Below, one piece after another: positions 17,020 to 26,481 of a stretch of 27,737 nt of DNA. Every line of letters begins with the position of its first letter. The stretch's first letter is position 1. Below the pieces are notes generated by a model. The model worked only from the letters and a program-made list of their open reading frames with translations, ran no database searches and was not told where the DNA came from. The position numbers and the translations under genes are program-made. This stretch comes from Oligoflexia bacterium. Lineage in GTDB: Bacteria; Bdellovibrionota; Bdellovibrionia; JABDDW01. The DNA lies in NCBI GenBank assembly GCA_043732305.1, contig JAYTHU010000164.1, positions 1-27,737 on the forward strand, written 5' to 3'.

Positions 17020-17939
17020 ACTTTGCACTCTGCGTCCGGGCTGCAATATTTCATTTCCGCTTTTTTCTTAAGCCTTAGCATTTGACCTTCACTCGAAGTG
17101 TCATTCTCCAATTCGTCCAGTGACTTAAGCTTCATGTGTTTATATTGGCGTAAAGTTTTATCGCCTTTTTCGGGATGTTCAAAGCGCACGTGGTCCATTT
17201 CCTGGAGCATGCTTTTATAGGATTCCTTGAGGTCGAGATATTTCTTTTTGATATCTTCTAAAATTTCAATTTTCTTTTTAGGATTAGGCTCGGTATTTTT
17301 CTTTGCCGACAACTCCATGATCTCATCCTGAAGATTGTTAATCTTTATTGACGACTGATTCAGACTGATCTCATGATGTGCCCAATCACTCGCTTGAGCG
17401 ACCGAAACCGCAGTGATTTGAGAAACCCCAACAGACGCAAAAAAAATCAATGCCAGCACTAGGATTTTTTTAATCAATTGGCCAGTGGTCCATTTCACTT
17501 GCAGACCAGTGGATTTTAAACGATTCACCAAAACAGATGCCGCCACCGGATGCAACTCCTTGATCATTAAGATTCCACCAGAAACTTTAGTGAGAAGTTT
17601 CATTTCAGATAGCCCTAATTTTTTATCCTGCAAAACAAAATCAAGGTCTGATCTTAACTCTGGCGTGTCTATCCCGGAAATTTCCACGTCGTAGAAAAGT
17701 GCACCGGAGGACATATTGTCTAATTGAATATTTCCAAACTCGGCGATTTCATCCAGCTTCACGCTACCGTCAGCGGGAATCGCTTCGGGGACAGGTTCAA
17801 AAAGTGATTCTGCAGATAGCGAAGCGACTTTGTCGTCCACAATAAATAAATGGCCGCAATGGTTACAGGAGATCATCCCAAATTCAAAAAGGCTTTCAAC
17901 TTCCTTTTGGCAATTCGGGCAAATCTTCTGCTCTCCCAT
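17013..17939 (-). CDS. Zn-ribbon protein with an internal signal-peptide-like segment and a C-terminal coiled-coil region (308 aa)
   Basis: CPNC...CNHC at the N-terminus. IKKILVLALIFFASVGVSQITAVSVAQA mid-protein. Directly downstream of secA. Confidence 0.75.
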   Translation of the reverse strand: MGEQKICPNCQKEVESLFEFGMISCNHCGHLFIVDDKVASLSAESLFEPVPEAIPADGSVKLDEIAEFGNIQLDNMSSGALFYDVEISGIDTPELRSDLDFVLQDKKLGLSEMKLLTKVSGGILMIKELHPVAASVLVNRLKSTGLQVKWTTGQLIKKILVLALIFFASVGVSQITAVSVAQASDWAHHEISLNQSSIKINNLQDEIMELSAKKNTEPNPKKKIEILEDIKKKYLDLKESYKSMLQEMDHVRFEHPEKGDKTLRQYKHMKLKSLDELENDTSSEGQMLRLKKKAEMKYCSPDAECKVQ

Positions 17940-17952
17940 TAGACTTTACCCA

Positions 17953-20607
17953 TTAGACTTTATTAGCCCCGTGACATTTTTTATATTTTTTGCCGCTGCC
18001 GCAAGGACATTGGTCGTTGCGTCCGATCTTGTCGTCGTTAACAACTGGCTTAGATTCTACAGGCTCATTGCCGTGAGAAAACTTCATTCTTTGCACGGGT
18101 GGAGCAACTGGAATCGGCAGAACAGGTTCTTTCTCTTCTTCTTCTTTAACGATCTGAATTTTCATCATTCGCTCAAGAGTTTCAAACTTGATGGTGTTAT
18201 CCATTTGACTGAAAAGATTGAATGCTTCTTTTTTATATTCAATGAGCGGATCTTTTTGTCCGAAGGCTCGGAGATTGATCCCTTCCTTCATGTGATCCAT
18301 GTTGAGCAAATGCTCTTTCCAGCGCGCATCAATGCTTTGAAGCAGCAGCATTTTTTGAACATCTTTGAAAATCACACCCAATTCTTTTTCACGAGCGTCA
18401 TAAGCTTGATCGCCCTTAGCGTTGAGAATTTTACGCAAACTTTCTGAATTGTCAGTGCCGTTGATTTCTTTTTTCAGATCGAGTGGCATTCCCAGATTAT
18501 TTTCTAAATAGCTTTGGAGTCCGGACATATCCCAATCCTGAAGCTTAAGACTCTTTCCGGCAAAAGTGGCCACACCTTCATCGACAATCTCATGAAGCAT
18601 TTGTCGAGTGATATCCGTGATGCGATCGCCTTCTAATATCTGACGGCGTAATCCATAAATAGCTTCACGTTGCACGTTCATGACATCGTCATATTCAAGC
18701 AAATGTTTACGCATGTCGAAATTATGTCCTTCGACTTTTCTTTGCGCACCTTCAACTGAGTTTGTAACCATTTTAGATTCAATGGCTTCGTCATCTGGAA
18801 TGTTAAGCATGTTCATGATTTTTTGAACACGCTCTCCATTGAAAATTCTCAATAAATTATCTTCGAGTGATAAATAGAATCTTGTAGAACCAGGATCTCC
18901 CTGACGACCTGATCGACCGCGAAGCTGATTGTCTATGCGGCGAGATTCATGACGTTCAGTTCCGATAATATGCAATCCACCAGCGGCGACAACTTCATCG
19001 CGTTCAGACAAACAAGCCGCTTTGAATTTAGCGACGGCTTTATCATAATCTTCACCGGTCTCATCACCAATTTCTAAACCAAGCTCTGCTCGCGCCATAA
19101 ATTCTGGATTACCACCAAGAACAATGTCTGTTCCGCGGCCGGCCATATTGGTTGCGATTGTGACAGAACCTTTGCGGCCCGCTTGCGCCACAATTTCTGC
19201 TTCTTGTTCGTGATATTTAGCATTCAGAACCGTGTGTTTGATTCCCGCACGTTTCATCATTGTTGAAAGCAGTTCAGATTTTTCAATGCTGACGGTACCA
19301 ACCAAAACAGGTTGACCGTGAGTGTTTCTTTCTTTGACGTCTTTGGCAATAGCACCAAATTTTGCGTTCAAAGTTTTAAAAATCAAATCATTTTCATCTT
19401 TGCGAAGCATTGGACGATTGGTGGGAATAATGACGACTTCCAAATTGTAAATCTTTTTGAATTCCGCCGCTTCTGTATCAGCAGTTCCGGTCATGCCTGC
19501 GAGCTTGTCATACATGCGGAAGAAATTTTGAAATGTGACAGTCGCTAAAGTTTGATTCTCATTGGCAACTTTCACGCCTTCTTTTGCTTCAACCGCTTGA
19601 TGCAATCCATCGCTCCAACGTCTACCTGGCATCAATCGACCGGTGAATTCGTCAACAATGACAACTTCGCCGTCCTTGATCATGTAATCCACATCGCGCT
19701 TATATAAATGATGCGCTTTGAGTGCTTGATAAACGTGATGCAAAAGTTCAATGTTGTGAGCGTCAAAAAGATTTTCTACGCCCAAGAGCTTTTCAACCAC
19801 GTGATTGCCGTCTTCAGTTAAAGATGCGGTCTTGGTTTTCTCTTCGATCTTGTAATGAACTTCCGCTTCTAGTTTAGGAATAATTAAATTCACAGAAGTG
19901 TATTTATCCGTGCTCTCTTCAGCAGGACCAGAAATAATCAGCGGAGTTCGAGCCTCGTCGACTAAAATGCTGTCGACTTCATCGACAATCGCAAAATTGA
20001 AATCACGTTGAACATATTGTGTGAGATCAAATTTCATGTTGTCTCTGAGATAATCAAAACCAAATTCATTATTTGTGCCGTAGGTAATATCTGATCCGTA
20101 GGCGGCTTTTCTTTCTTCATCAGTGAGATCATGAATGATCACGCCAACGCTCATGCCCAACCATTTGTATAATCGGCCCATCCATTCAGAATCACGCTTA
20201 GCCAAATAATCATTGACGGTGACAACGTGAACGCCTTTCCCAGATAACGCATTCAAATAAACGGGAAGTGTCGCCACTAAAGTTTTACCCTCACCCGTTC
20301 GCATTTCTGCGATGGCTCCGGAATTCAAAACCATTCCGCCTAAAAGCTGCACATCAAAATGTCGCATTCCTAGAACACGCTTGCTAGCTTCCCGACAAAC
20401 GGCGAAAGCTTCAGGTAAAATTTGATCAAGAGTTTCGCCTTTAGCGAGGCGCTCTTTGAATTCGACAGTCTTATGCTTCAGTTGCTCGTCGCTAAGTGCC
20501 GTTGTTTGAGGTTCCAAAGAATTGATATTCAGAACGTTGGGGAAGAAGCCCTTCAAAACGCGTTCGTTGCGGGTGCCAAATACTTTTGTGAGAACGGAAG
20601 TAAGCAT
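17953..20607 (-). CDS. secA: Preprotein translocase ATPase SecA
   Basis: [62 protein letters not shown]-terminal [19 protein letters not shown]. Confidence 0.99.
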   Translation of the reverse strand: MLTSVLTKVFGTRNERVLKGFFPNVLNINSLEPQTTALSDEQLKHKTVEFKERLAKGETLDQILPEAFAVCREASKRVLGMRHFDVQLLGGMVLNSGAIAEMRTGEGKTLVATLPVYLNALSGKGVHVVTVNDYLAKRDSEWMGRLYKWLGMSVGVIIHDLTDEERKAAYGSDITYGTNNEFGFDYLRDNMKFDLTQYVQRDFNFAIVDEVDSILVDEARTPLIISGPAEESTDKYTSVNLIIPKLEAEVHYKIEEKTKTASLTEDGNHVVEKLLGVENLFDAHNIELLHHVYQALKAHHLYKRDVDYMIKDGEVVIVDEFTGRLMPGRRWSDGLHQAVEAKEGVKVANENQTLATVTFQNFFRMYDKLAGMTGTADTEAAEFKKIYNLEVVIIPTNRPMLRKDENDLIFKTLNAKFGAIAKDVKERNTHGQPVLVGTVSIEKSELLSTMMKRAGIKHTVLNAKYHEQEAEIVAQAGRKGSVTIATNMAGRGTDIVLGGNPEFMARAELGLEIGDETGEDYDKAVAKFKAACLSERDEVVAAGGLHIIGTERHESRRIDNQLRGRSGRQGDPGSTRFYLSLEDNLLRIFNGERVQKIMNMLNIPDDEAIESKMVTNSVEGAQRKVEGHNFDMRKHLLEYDDVMNVQREAIYGLRRQILEGDRITDITRQMLHEIVDEGVATFAGKSLKLQDWDMSGLQSYLENNLGMPLDLKKEINGTDNSESLRKILNAKGDQAYDAREKELGVIFKDVQKMLLLQSIDARWKEHLLNMDHMKEGINLRAFGQKDPLIEYKKEAFNLFSQMDNTIKFETLERMMKIQIVKEEEEKEPVLPIPVAPPVQRMKFSHGNEPVESKPVVNDDKIGRNDQCPCGSGKKYKKCHGANKV

Positions 20608-20691
20608 TATTTGTCCTTCAAATTTGGAGCGATAATAAGGGTCAGATTATAATTTATATTATCTAGGAAAGGAGTCAAGTTTAGCTAGGGC

Positions 20692-21198
20692 TTAGGAGGA
20701 TGGATCCTTAAGGGATTGCCGCGCCGCCTCGTAAAGAACGATCGAAACAGCATTTGATAAATTGAGACTTCTGATAGGTCCCCAAATGGGAATACGAAGA
20801 ATTTGCGCAGGATTCACACTCTCAAGAATTTCTGCACTCAGGCCTTTGGTCTCTTTGCCAAACACAAACCAATCTCCAAGTTTGAATTCCGCATCGAATA
20901 TAAGTCGCTCAGCTTTTTTGGAAAAATAGAATACTCGAGAAGGATCTGGCATTTCATTTTTGACATCTTGGAAACTGGCGTGAACTTTAAGGTCTAGTTT
21001 TTCCCAGTAATCAAGTCCGGCGCGTTTGACAGCGCTATCGGTAATATCAAAACCAAGCTTACCCGCCAAATGAAGACGGGAAACAGTGCCCACGCAGGTG
21101 CGGCCAATGCTTCCCGTATTATTCGGAATCTCGGGTTCGACAAGAACCACGTTGTAATTTGGATCTTTAAGCAAGGTAGCGGAAAACTTCCGAACCAA
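20692..21198 (-). CDS. trmL: tRNA (cytidine/uridine-34 2'-O)-methyltransferase, SPOUT family
   Basis: VVLVEPEIPNNTGSIGRTC, KRAGLDYW, FGKETKGL, RSLNLSNAV. Exact start uncertain. Confidence 0.93.
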   Translation of the reverse strand: MVRKFSATLLKDPNYNVVLVEPEIPNNTGSIGRTCVGTVSRLHLAGKLGFDITDSAVKRAGLDYWEKLDLKVHASFQDVKNEMPDPSRVFYFSKKAERLIFDAEFKLGDWFVFGKETKGLSAEILESVNPAQILRIPIWGPIRSLNLSNAVSIVLYEAARQSLKDPSS

Positions 21199-21766
21199 GA
21201 TTGGTCAAAGCAAGTCTACGACCCTTGTCCACAATGAGTCCTTTGTTGAGAAGGTCACGGTAGATGTCGAGATTGATAGGAACAATGTCTCGGCCTGAAC
21301 TTGCGCCAAGTTTCAAAATATATTTCTTCTGAGAATCGTTGAGTTGCAAAGGCAAAGGAGACTGAATCTCCATGCTGGCGCGGTAATCACCGGCTTCGAT
21401 CACTTTAGCATCTTTGGGAAGCTTCAAAGGATTGAGCATGTAAACTTGAGTCATGCTGGGCTTTTTAGCTCCATCTGCAGTTGCTGGTTTTTCCATGCGA
21501 ACGTGCAAACTTTTTTCAGGAACTTGGGCCGAGAAACCTTCGAATTCGTCCAAAATTTTGATGAGTTCTTTGAAATTTTCAAGAACAAGCAATTCTCCGC
21601 GAACAATATTTGTTCCTTCGATCAAAGCGGGATAGCCAACGGCCATACGATAAAGAGTGCCTTGAATGGAAGCGGGTTTGATTTCTTTAACAAGTGCTGC
21701 CACTTTATTGTGGTGGACCATGCCTTTCATCAAAGAACCGTAGACAAAAAGGGTGTTTTTGCTCAT
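21167..21766 (-). CDS. Gamma-glutamylcyclotransferase (AIG2-like) with a C-terminal winged-helix-like extension
   Basis: LFVYGSL, GYPAL, LDEFEG motifs. Start placed at ATG 21766 (SD GAGG) rather than 21835. Confidence 0.85.
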   Translation of the reverse strand: MSKNTLFVYGSLMKGMVHHNKVAALVKEIKPASIQGTLYRMAVGYPALIEGTNIVRGELLVLENFKELIKILDEFEGFSAQVPEKSLHVRMEKPATADGAKKPSMTQVYMLNPLKLPKDAKVIEAGDYRASMEIQSPLPLQLNDSQKKYILKLGASSGRDIVPINLDIYRDLLNKGLIVDKGRRLALTNLGSEVFRYLA

Positions 21767-21875
21767 GGTATTAGAACCTCTCTTGTTTAAAAGTATTGAA
21801 CCGAGATGTATAGCAGAACATGACGCTTTACACAATAGTTGACTTCTCGCTCAATTAAAGTTGTGATTATTACAC

Positions 21876-22457
21876 ATGCAAGTCATTGAAATCATTTACA
21901 TCATCTTCGCTTATCTTCTCTGCGCTATTCCATTTGGAGTCGTGTTGAGCAAGATGGTTTCAGGCACCGACGTGCGCTCTGCTGGGAGCGGGAATATCGG
22001 CGCCACCAATGTCGCCCGAGTCATGGGAAAAAAATGGGGCGTGATTGTTCTTGTGTTGGACGCTTTGAAAGGTTTCATTGCCGTTGGATTGGCCAAACAC
22101 GTTGGCCCCGACTGGTATTGCAATGTGGTGGCGGCTTTGGCGGTAGTGGCCCACTGTTATCCTGTGTACTTGCGATTTCGCGGCGGAAAAGGTGTGGCGA
22201 CTGGTTTAGGCGCAGTGGCAGCACTTTCTTGGCCGGTGATCGGAGTTTGCGTTTTGGTTTTTGCTCTCGTGATTGGTGTTTCACGTCGAGTGAGCGCTGG
22301 AAGTTTAGCCGGTGTTTTCGCCTTGCCTGTGGCGGCGTTAATTTTGCGCGATGATTTCAATTGGATATGTGGATTGTTTCTTTGTCTGCTGGTCTCGTGG
22401 AAACATCGAGAGAACATTCGCCGATTACTCGCTCGAACTGAGCCGAAATTCTTTTAG
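21876..22457 (+). CDS. plsY: Glycerol-3-phosphate 1-O-acyltransferase
   Basis: GSGNIGATNVAR, DALKG, HCYPVYLRFRGGKGVAT, KHRENIRRL. Confidence 0.97.
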   Translation: MQVIEIIYIIFAYLLCAIPFGVVLSKMVSGTDVRSAGSGNIGATNVARVMGKKWGVIVLVLDALKGFIAVGLAKHVGPDWYCNVVAALAVVAHCYPVYLRFRGGKGVATGLGAVAALSWPVIGVCVLVFALVIGVSRRVSAGSLAGVFALPVAALILRDDFNWICGLFLCLLVSWKHRENIRRLLARTEPKFF

Positions 22458-22501
22458 TTACCATTTAATTTATTCGGCTCAACCTGCCTAGGTTTGATTT
22501 C

Positions 22502-22552
22502 TTGACAAGCCCAACTTCATTTGCGAGTTTGAGCTTTATCTCACAGAGGAGT
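22502..22552 (+). promoter_or_regulatory. Putative sigma70 promoter and SD of the gcvH-like gene
   Basis: TTGACA-N17-GAGTTT with an extended TG. SD GAGGAG. The -10 match is weak. Confidence 0.45.
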
Positions 22553-22560
22553 TTTAAGTT

Positions 22561-22932
22561 ATGGCAGATATGGGCGCAGGTTATATTCCGTACATGGGTC
22601 ACCAGTGGATCACCGTTGAAGGTGAAGTTATCACCGTGGGCGTGATGGAAGAAGCACTTGAAGAATTAGACAATATCAGCAAGATCGATCTTCCCACCGA
22701 AAATGATTCAGTCGAAAAAGATGAAATCTGCGGCGAACTTGAAACCAAAGATGGCAGTTTAAACATTTACGCTCCCGTTGAAGGAACCGTTCTGGAAGTA
22801 AACACTGCTATCTTAGACAACCCTGAGTTGATAAATGAAGATCCATACGGAGATGGCTGGGTTATCAAAATCGAAGCAGCCAATCCTGAAGATATAAAAG
22901 AACTCACCAGCGGAGCGAGCTACGAGAACTAA
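22561..22932 (+). CDS. gcvH: Glycine cleavage H-like protein with a non-canonical lipoyl site
   Basis: HQW...TVG...IYAPVEGTVLEVN...NPELINEDPYGDGWVIKI. The lipoyl turn reads ELETKDGS instead of VESVKAAS. Confidence 0.85.
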   Translation: MADMGAGYIPYMGHQWITVEGEVITVGVMEEALEELDNISKIDLPTENDSVEKDEICGELETKDGSLNIYAPVEGTVLEVNTAILDNPELINEDPYGDGWVIKIEAANPEDIKELTSGASYEN

Positions 22933-22935
22933 GCA

Positions 22936-23200
22936 CTGAAATTAATTTTGGCTTTTATTCTAGTTCTGAGTTCACTTTCTAGTTCACACGCGCTGGCTAT
23001 TTCTCCAACTTCTCCATTTTTTCTGTATCGGCGAATACCTATAATATCGCCAAAGGTATTTTTGAGACGGATAAATCAACAGCAGCCGAATATTCAGATC
23101 TGGAAATGTGGGGAACTCCCAGTGAACGAACATGAGTCGAGATGAATGATAAATTATGAAGTCTGACAATTGCGTGACCAAGATTCTTTACTATCGCTCT
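22936..23200 (+). pseudogene. Possible decayed secreted-protein gene
   Basis: CTG-KLILAFILVLSSLSSSHA looks like a signal peptide with ATG>CTG. Protein-like sequence continues after a shift at the T6 run (23017-23022), then stops accumulate. Confidence 0.35.
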
Positions 23201-23207
23201 GATTTTT

Positions 23208-24179
23208 TCAATGCATCCAATGTTCCAACCTATGATGCCCTTTGCAGAGCGTTTGCAAATTGTCCAATGAGTTGGTCCCGCCATGACCCACCGGTTTCAA
23301 ATGATGAATGTCAATCCACCTTGAATCACCACACTTCTCGCCATTAGGAAGTATTTCCTGACATTGACCATTGTCGCGCAAATACACTTGATGAAATATT
23401 GCTAGTGGGATCAAGGCATTTACGTGATTTTGGCACGTGCCAAAATCAGCGACCTCTTGTGTCGCCGAATTCATCTGAGTCTCGACGCCATCATCTTCAG
23501 CTTTTGCCTTTTTTTCTTTTTGCCGCTCATCGGCCAATTTCTTTTTCAAAGTCTTTTTCAATTCCTTTTCTTGATAGGCGAGAGCTTTTTGCACCGGATC
23601 TTCGCTTCGCATAAATTCTGAAGTGAGATGATTGATAGTGCCCCTCAAAGAAACCGGCAATTTTCTTTTTTGACAAAGAAGATCTTGAGCTCTTTTAAAA
23701 GATTCAAACTCTGTTTGTGTCATGATTATTTTCACTTCAAGCCGATTAGCGGAAATAAATCTATAGCTCTCATAAAAATTCGATTCAGGATTTTTCCCAG
23801 TAACATGTTTTTCTAAAGCCCGATGATTATTTTTCTGAGCTTTTGAAATCCATTCCTCTTGATTCCGTTCTTCTAAAACTGGGGCAATGCGCCTTGCTTT
23901 TGAGAGTGAAATTTTCCCACTCGCCAAAGCCATCTTGAGTCTATCGAATTTCATAACTGCAGATACCACTGACGAAAATTCCTTTGCTCGACTTTCAGAT
24001 AAGCCATGACTCATAGTTAGATAAATAAAAAAGTTTGGATAATTATAAGCCCGGTAAACTTTATGCCTAACAACTTCTTCCAAAATTTCAATCAAGTCAG
24101 ATTCATTTTTTCCAAGAGTTTTGACAATCACTTTAGCCCGCTCATGAATAGACACGACCAATTTTTCATTTCTTACCAT
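23208..24179 (-). CDS. HNH endonuclease with an N-terminal DUF222-like helical/HTH domain (323 aa)
   Basis: C-terminal RDNGQCQ...C...IDIHHLKPVGHGGTNSLDNLQTLCKGHHRLEH (intact HNH/Zn motif). N-terminal Y..FFIYL...GLSES...ALASGKISLSKARRI. SD AAGGAG. Confidence 0.9.
   Translation of the reverse strand: MVRNEKLVVSIHERAKVIVKTLGKNESDLIEILEEVVRHKVYRAYNYPNFFIYLTMSHGLSESRAKEFSSVVSAVMKFDRLKMALASGKISLSKARRIAPVLEERNQEEWISKAQKNNHRALEKHVTGKNPESNFYESYRFISANRLEVKIIMTQTEFESFKRAQDLLCQKRKLPVSLRGTINHLTSEFMRSEDPVQKALAYQEKELKKTLKKKLADERQKEKKAKAEDDGVETQMNSATQEVADFGTCQNHVNALIPLAIFHQVYLRDNGQCQEILPNGEKCGDSRWIDIHHLKPVGHGGTNSLDNLQTLCKGHHRLEHWMH
23425..23448. repeat. Perfect 24-bp palindrome inside the HNH gene (copy 1)
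   Basis: TGATTTTGGCAC|GTGCCAAAATCA. Confidence 0.95.
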
Positions 24180-24525
24180 TATGTACTCCTTAAAAATCCC
24201 GGAATTAAATTTGACAAATCTCTCTTGAAATCAAACAAGTTTAACACCAGTTTTAAGGTGTACTTTTCCGCGAAGTACTGGGGCTTTACAAAATCAAGTT
24301 TCCAGATATCTAGAGCCTCACCACCATATCCGAAAGAACGACAATTTCGAAAATGGCAAAACTGTCCAAAGGAATCTCAAGATGCACCAGCAGGGAGCCG
24401 CTATTTTCACGTCAAGAACAAAATAATAATAGAAAACTAATATTCCCGGAATGACTCGAAAGGAAAGTAACTAAAATCAAAAAATTTGAATAGCGAAGTT
24501 CACCTCGATCTGAGACCAAGTCACT

Positions 24526-24885
24526 TCACTCAGTTATTACCGTTAAACGAAAAGAAATTTTGGCACGTGCCAAAATCGAAACAAGCGTTCGCGCAAGTAA
24601 CAACTGACTGGAAATTTGAAGTCGCCTTACCACATCCATAAGACTATCCACCCAACCGTGGCGATTCGTGTTTTGGGAAAAGCTCGGAAACTTTGATTGA
24701 GCTTTGTGAACGATTTCAGAGTAGGAAGGCAGAGTTTCAGGTCGAGCATTTTTGTCATAAATTCTCTGGCCAATCGCATATTCGATTGGCGCCGAGGCCA
24801 GTTTCAAATATTTTTCAGCCTCTCCTTGAGTCCCCAAAGATCTTTGGATTTCCGATAAATAGATCAGTCCGAGAAAGAACAACAA
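24526..24885 (-). CDS. Hypothetical protein or gene remnant (119 aa), in frame with spoVR
   Basis: Open frame with a hydrophobic N-terminal stretch but only a TTG start and no SD. The 3' end runs through palindrome copy 2. Confidence 0.35.
   Translation of the reverse strand: MLFFLGLIYLSEIQRSLGTQGEAEKYLKLASAPIEYAIGQRIYDKNARPETLPSYSEIVHKAQSKFPSFSQNTNRHGWVDSLMDVVRRLQISSQLLLARTLVSILARAKISFRLTVITE
24557..24576. repeat. Perfect 20-bp palindrome upstream of the HNH gene (copy 2)
   Basis: ATTTTGGCAC|GTGCCAAAAT. Shares 21 identical bases with copy 1 (23427-23447 = 24557-24577). Confidence 0.95.
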
Positions 24886-24951
24886 AGTAAAGAATTTAAA
24901 TTTGTTATTCGAGCGATCGAGGGGTCTATTAGCCAGGTTGTTGTCCCAATC

Positions 24952-26481
24952 CTAGAGCGTAGACCCAGGGGCGGGAGAGCCACTCATGTTTCCGTTTGCG
25001 CCTTCGGTGCCGCCAAATTCTTTTACGCCTTCGCCGTCGTAGCGGTAAATTTTGGGAGTACCTTCCATGACGGTTTTCATGAGTATCGGGCGAGACCAAA
25101 TGAAGTATAGATTTTTTAAAGTTTCGTCCATGTAGTTTGGCTGTAGATCTACGCCTTCATGAATGTGGTCTAACAAAAGCTCACCGCGATTTTCAAAATT
25201 TCCATCAATGACTTTAATAATGGGCTGACCAAAATTGGTAAGTTGAAAGAGCAATTGCTTTTTGATTAGTGGAAAATCGCGAGTGTTGATTTCAAATTGA
25301 CCACTGCGATTATTGTACTGATACACAAACATTTTATTGCGCACGCAGAAATCTTCGGTCAAGTAGGCATCAATGAACATGACGTCATTCATGTCGCGAC
25401 GGACTTCAAAAATCTTTTGCTTGCCTAAACCAAGTTTTTTATCCCAACTCATTTTTGTTTCGTAGTCAGTGCAATCGTCATACTCTTTTCCGAAACGACC
25501 TTTATTCCAGCGATCTTCTATATCCTTAAAAAGTTCGATTCCTAATTTATAAGGATTCAAACCGCCAGGTTGCATCGCCACGGTTCCACTGTGATGATCA
25601 GCGTAGTCGACAACTTCGCTGTCATTGAGAATTTCCGTCGTCATGAGTTTGGAATGCCAATAAGAGGCCCAGCCCTCATTCATGATTTTGGTCATGCCCT
25701 GTGGAGAATAATAATAAGCCTCATCCCGAATGATACTCATCATATCGCGTTGCCAAGGTTGCAGAGGTGCAAAGTCCATTAGAAAGAGCAAAACATCTTG
25801 CTCTGGGCGCGGAGGAAACTTTGTACTCTGAATTTTGTCTTTGTCTATTTGCTTCTGCTGGTCGTCCAAAAAGCTTTGTGGATTGATAAAGTTTTCCATA
25901 TAGCCGTGATCAGTTTTTAAACGCTGAACCTGTTTTTCAGTGGAGTCCACAGGATCACGGGCATGATGACGTTTTATAAAAGGAGAATGGCGATCAATTA
26001 AGTTTTCAAGAGACAAACACCGATCCGCAAACTCTTCCACGGCGTCGTAACCAATGCGATCAATTGAGCGCTTCACGCGCGTGGCGTGATTGGCCATTTG
26101 ATCAATCATGTGTCGATTGGTTTGCGAAAACCATTTGTTGTTCTTAAAAAAATCGCAGTGACCGTAAACATGGGCCATGACTAATTTCTGATCAACCAAT
26201 TCATTAGCTTCTAACAAATAAGCATAACAGGGGTCGTTGTTGATGACCATCTCGTAAATTTTAGAAAGTCCGTAGGAATAGCTTTTGGAAATGCGTTCGT
26301 AATCCATTCCAAAGCGCCAGTGAGGATATCTTGTTGGAAATCCCCCGTATGCCGCAAGACTATTCATTTCGTCATAGCCGACCATTTCAAAAATTGTTTT
26401 GAAAAAATCTAAACCATGATTTTTGGCAATGCCCTCAATGTGTTCCTGAATTTTGGCAAGCTCCGGACTAATATCGCTCAT
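24952..26481 (-). CDS. spoVR: SpoVR/YcgB family protein
   Basis: [57 protein letters not shown]. Confidence 0.96.
   Translation of the reverse strand: MSDISPELAKIQEHIEGIAKNHGLDFFKTIFEMVGYDEMNSLAAYGGFPTRYPHWRFGMDYERISKSYSYGLSKIYEMVINNDPCYAYLLEANELVDQKLVMAHVYGHCDFFKNNKWFSQTNRHMIDQMANHATRVKRSIDRIGYDAVEEFADRCLSLENLIDRHSPFIKRHHARDPVDSTEKQVQRLKTDHGYMENFINPQSFLDDQQKQIDKDKIQSTKFPPRPEQDVLLFLMDFAPLQPWQRDMMSIIRDEAYYYSPQGMTKIMNEGWASYWHSKLMTTEILNDSEVVDYADHHSGTVAMQPGGLNPYKLGIELFKDIEDRWNKGRFGKEYDDCTDYETKMSWDKKLGLGKQKIFEVRRDMNDVMFIDAYLTEDFCVRNKMFVYQYNNRSGQFEINTRDFPLIKKQLLFQLTNFGQPIIKVIDGNFENRGELLLDHIHEGVDLQPNYMDETLKNLYFIWSRPILMKTVMEGTPKIYRYDGEGVKEFGGTEGANGNMSGSPAPGSTL

Noticed and set aside
17830..18447. 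205-aa plus-strand ORF and other shadow ORFs over secA, rhuM, spoVR, yeaH and the lipoprotein
   Set aside because: Antisense or alternate-frame shadows of well-supported genes.
24063..24440. 125-aa plus-strand ORF
   Set aside because: Starts antisense within the HNH gene, has no SD or motif, and spans the presumed regulatory region.
23425..24577. Palindromes as CRISPR repeats, sigma54 promoters or true parS sites
   Set aside because: Only two copies 1.1 kb apart and no cas genes. TGGCACG is present but the -12 GC is absent. The arms differ from the parS consensus (only CACGTG and some flanking T/A are shared).
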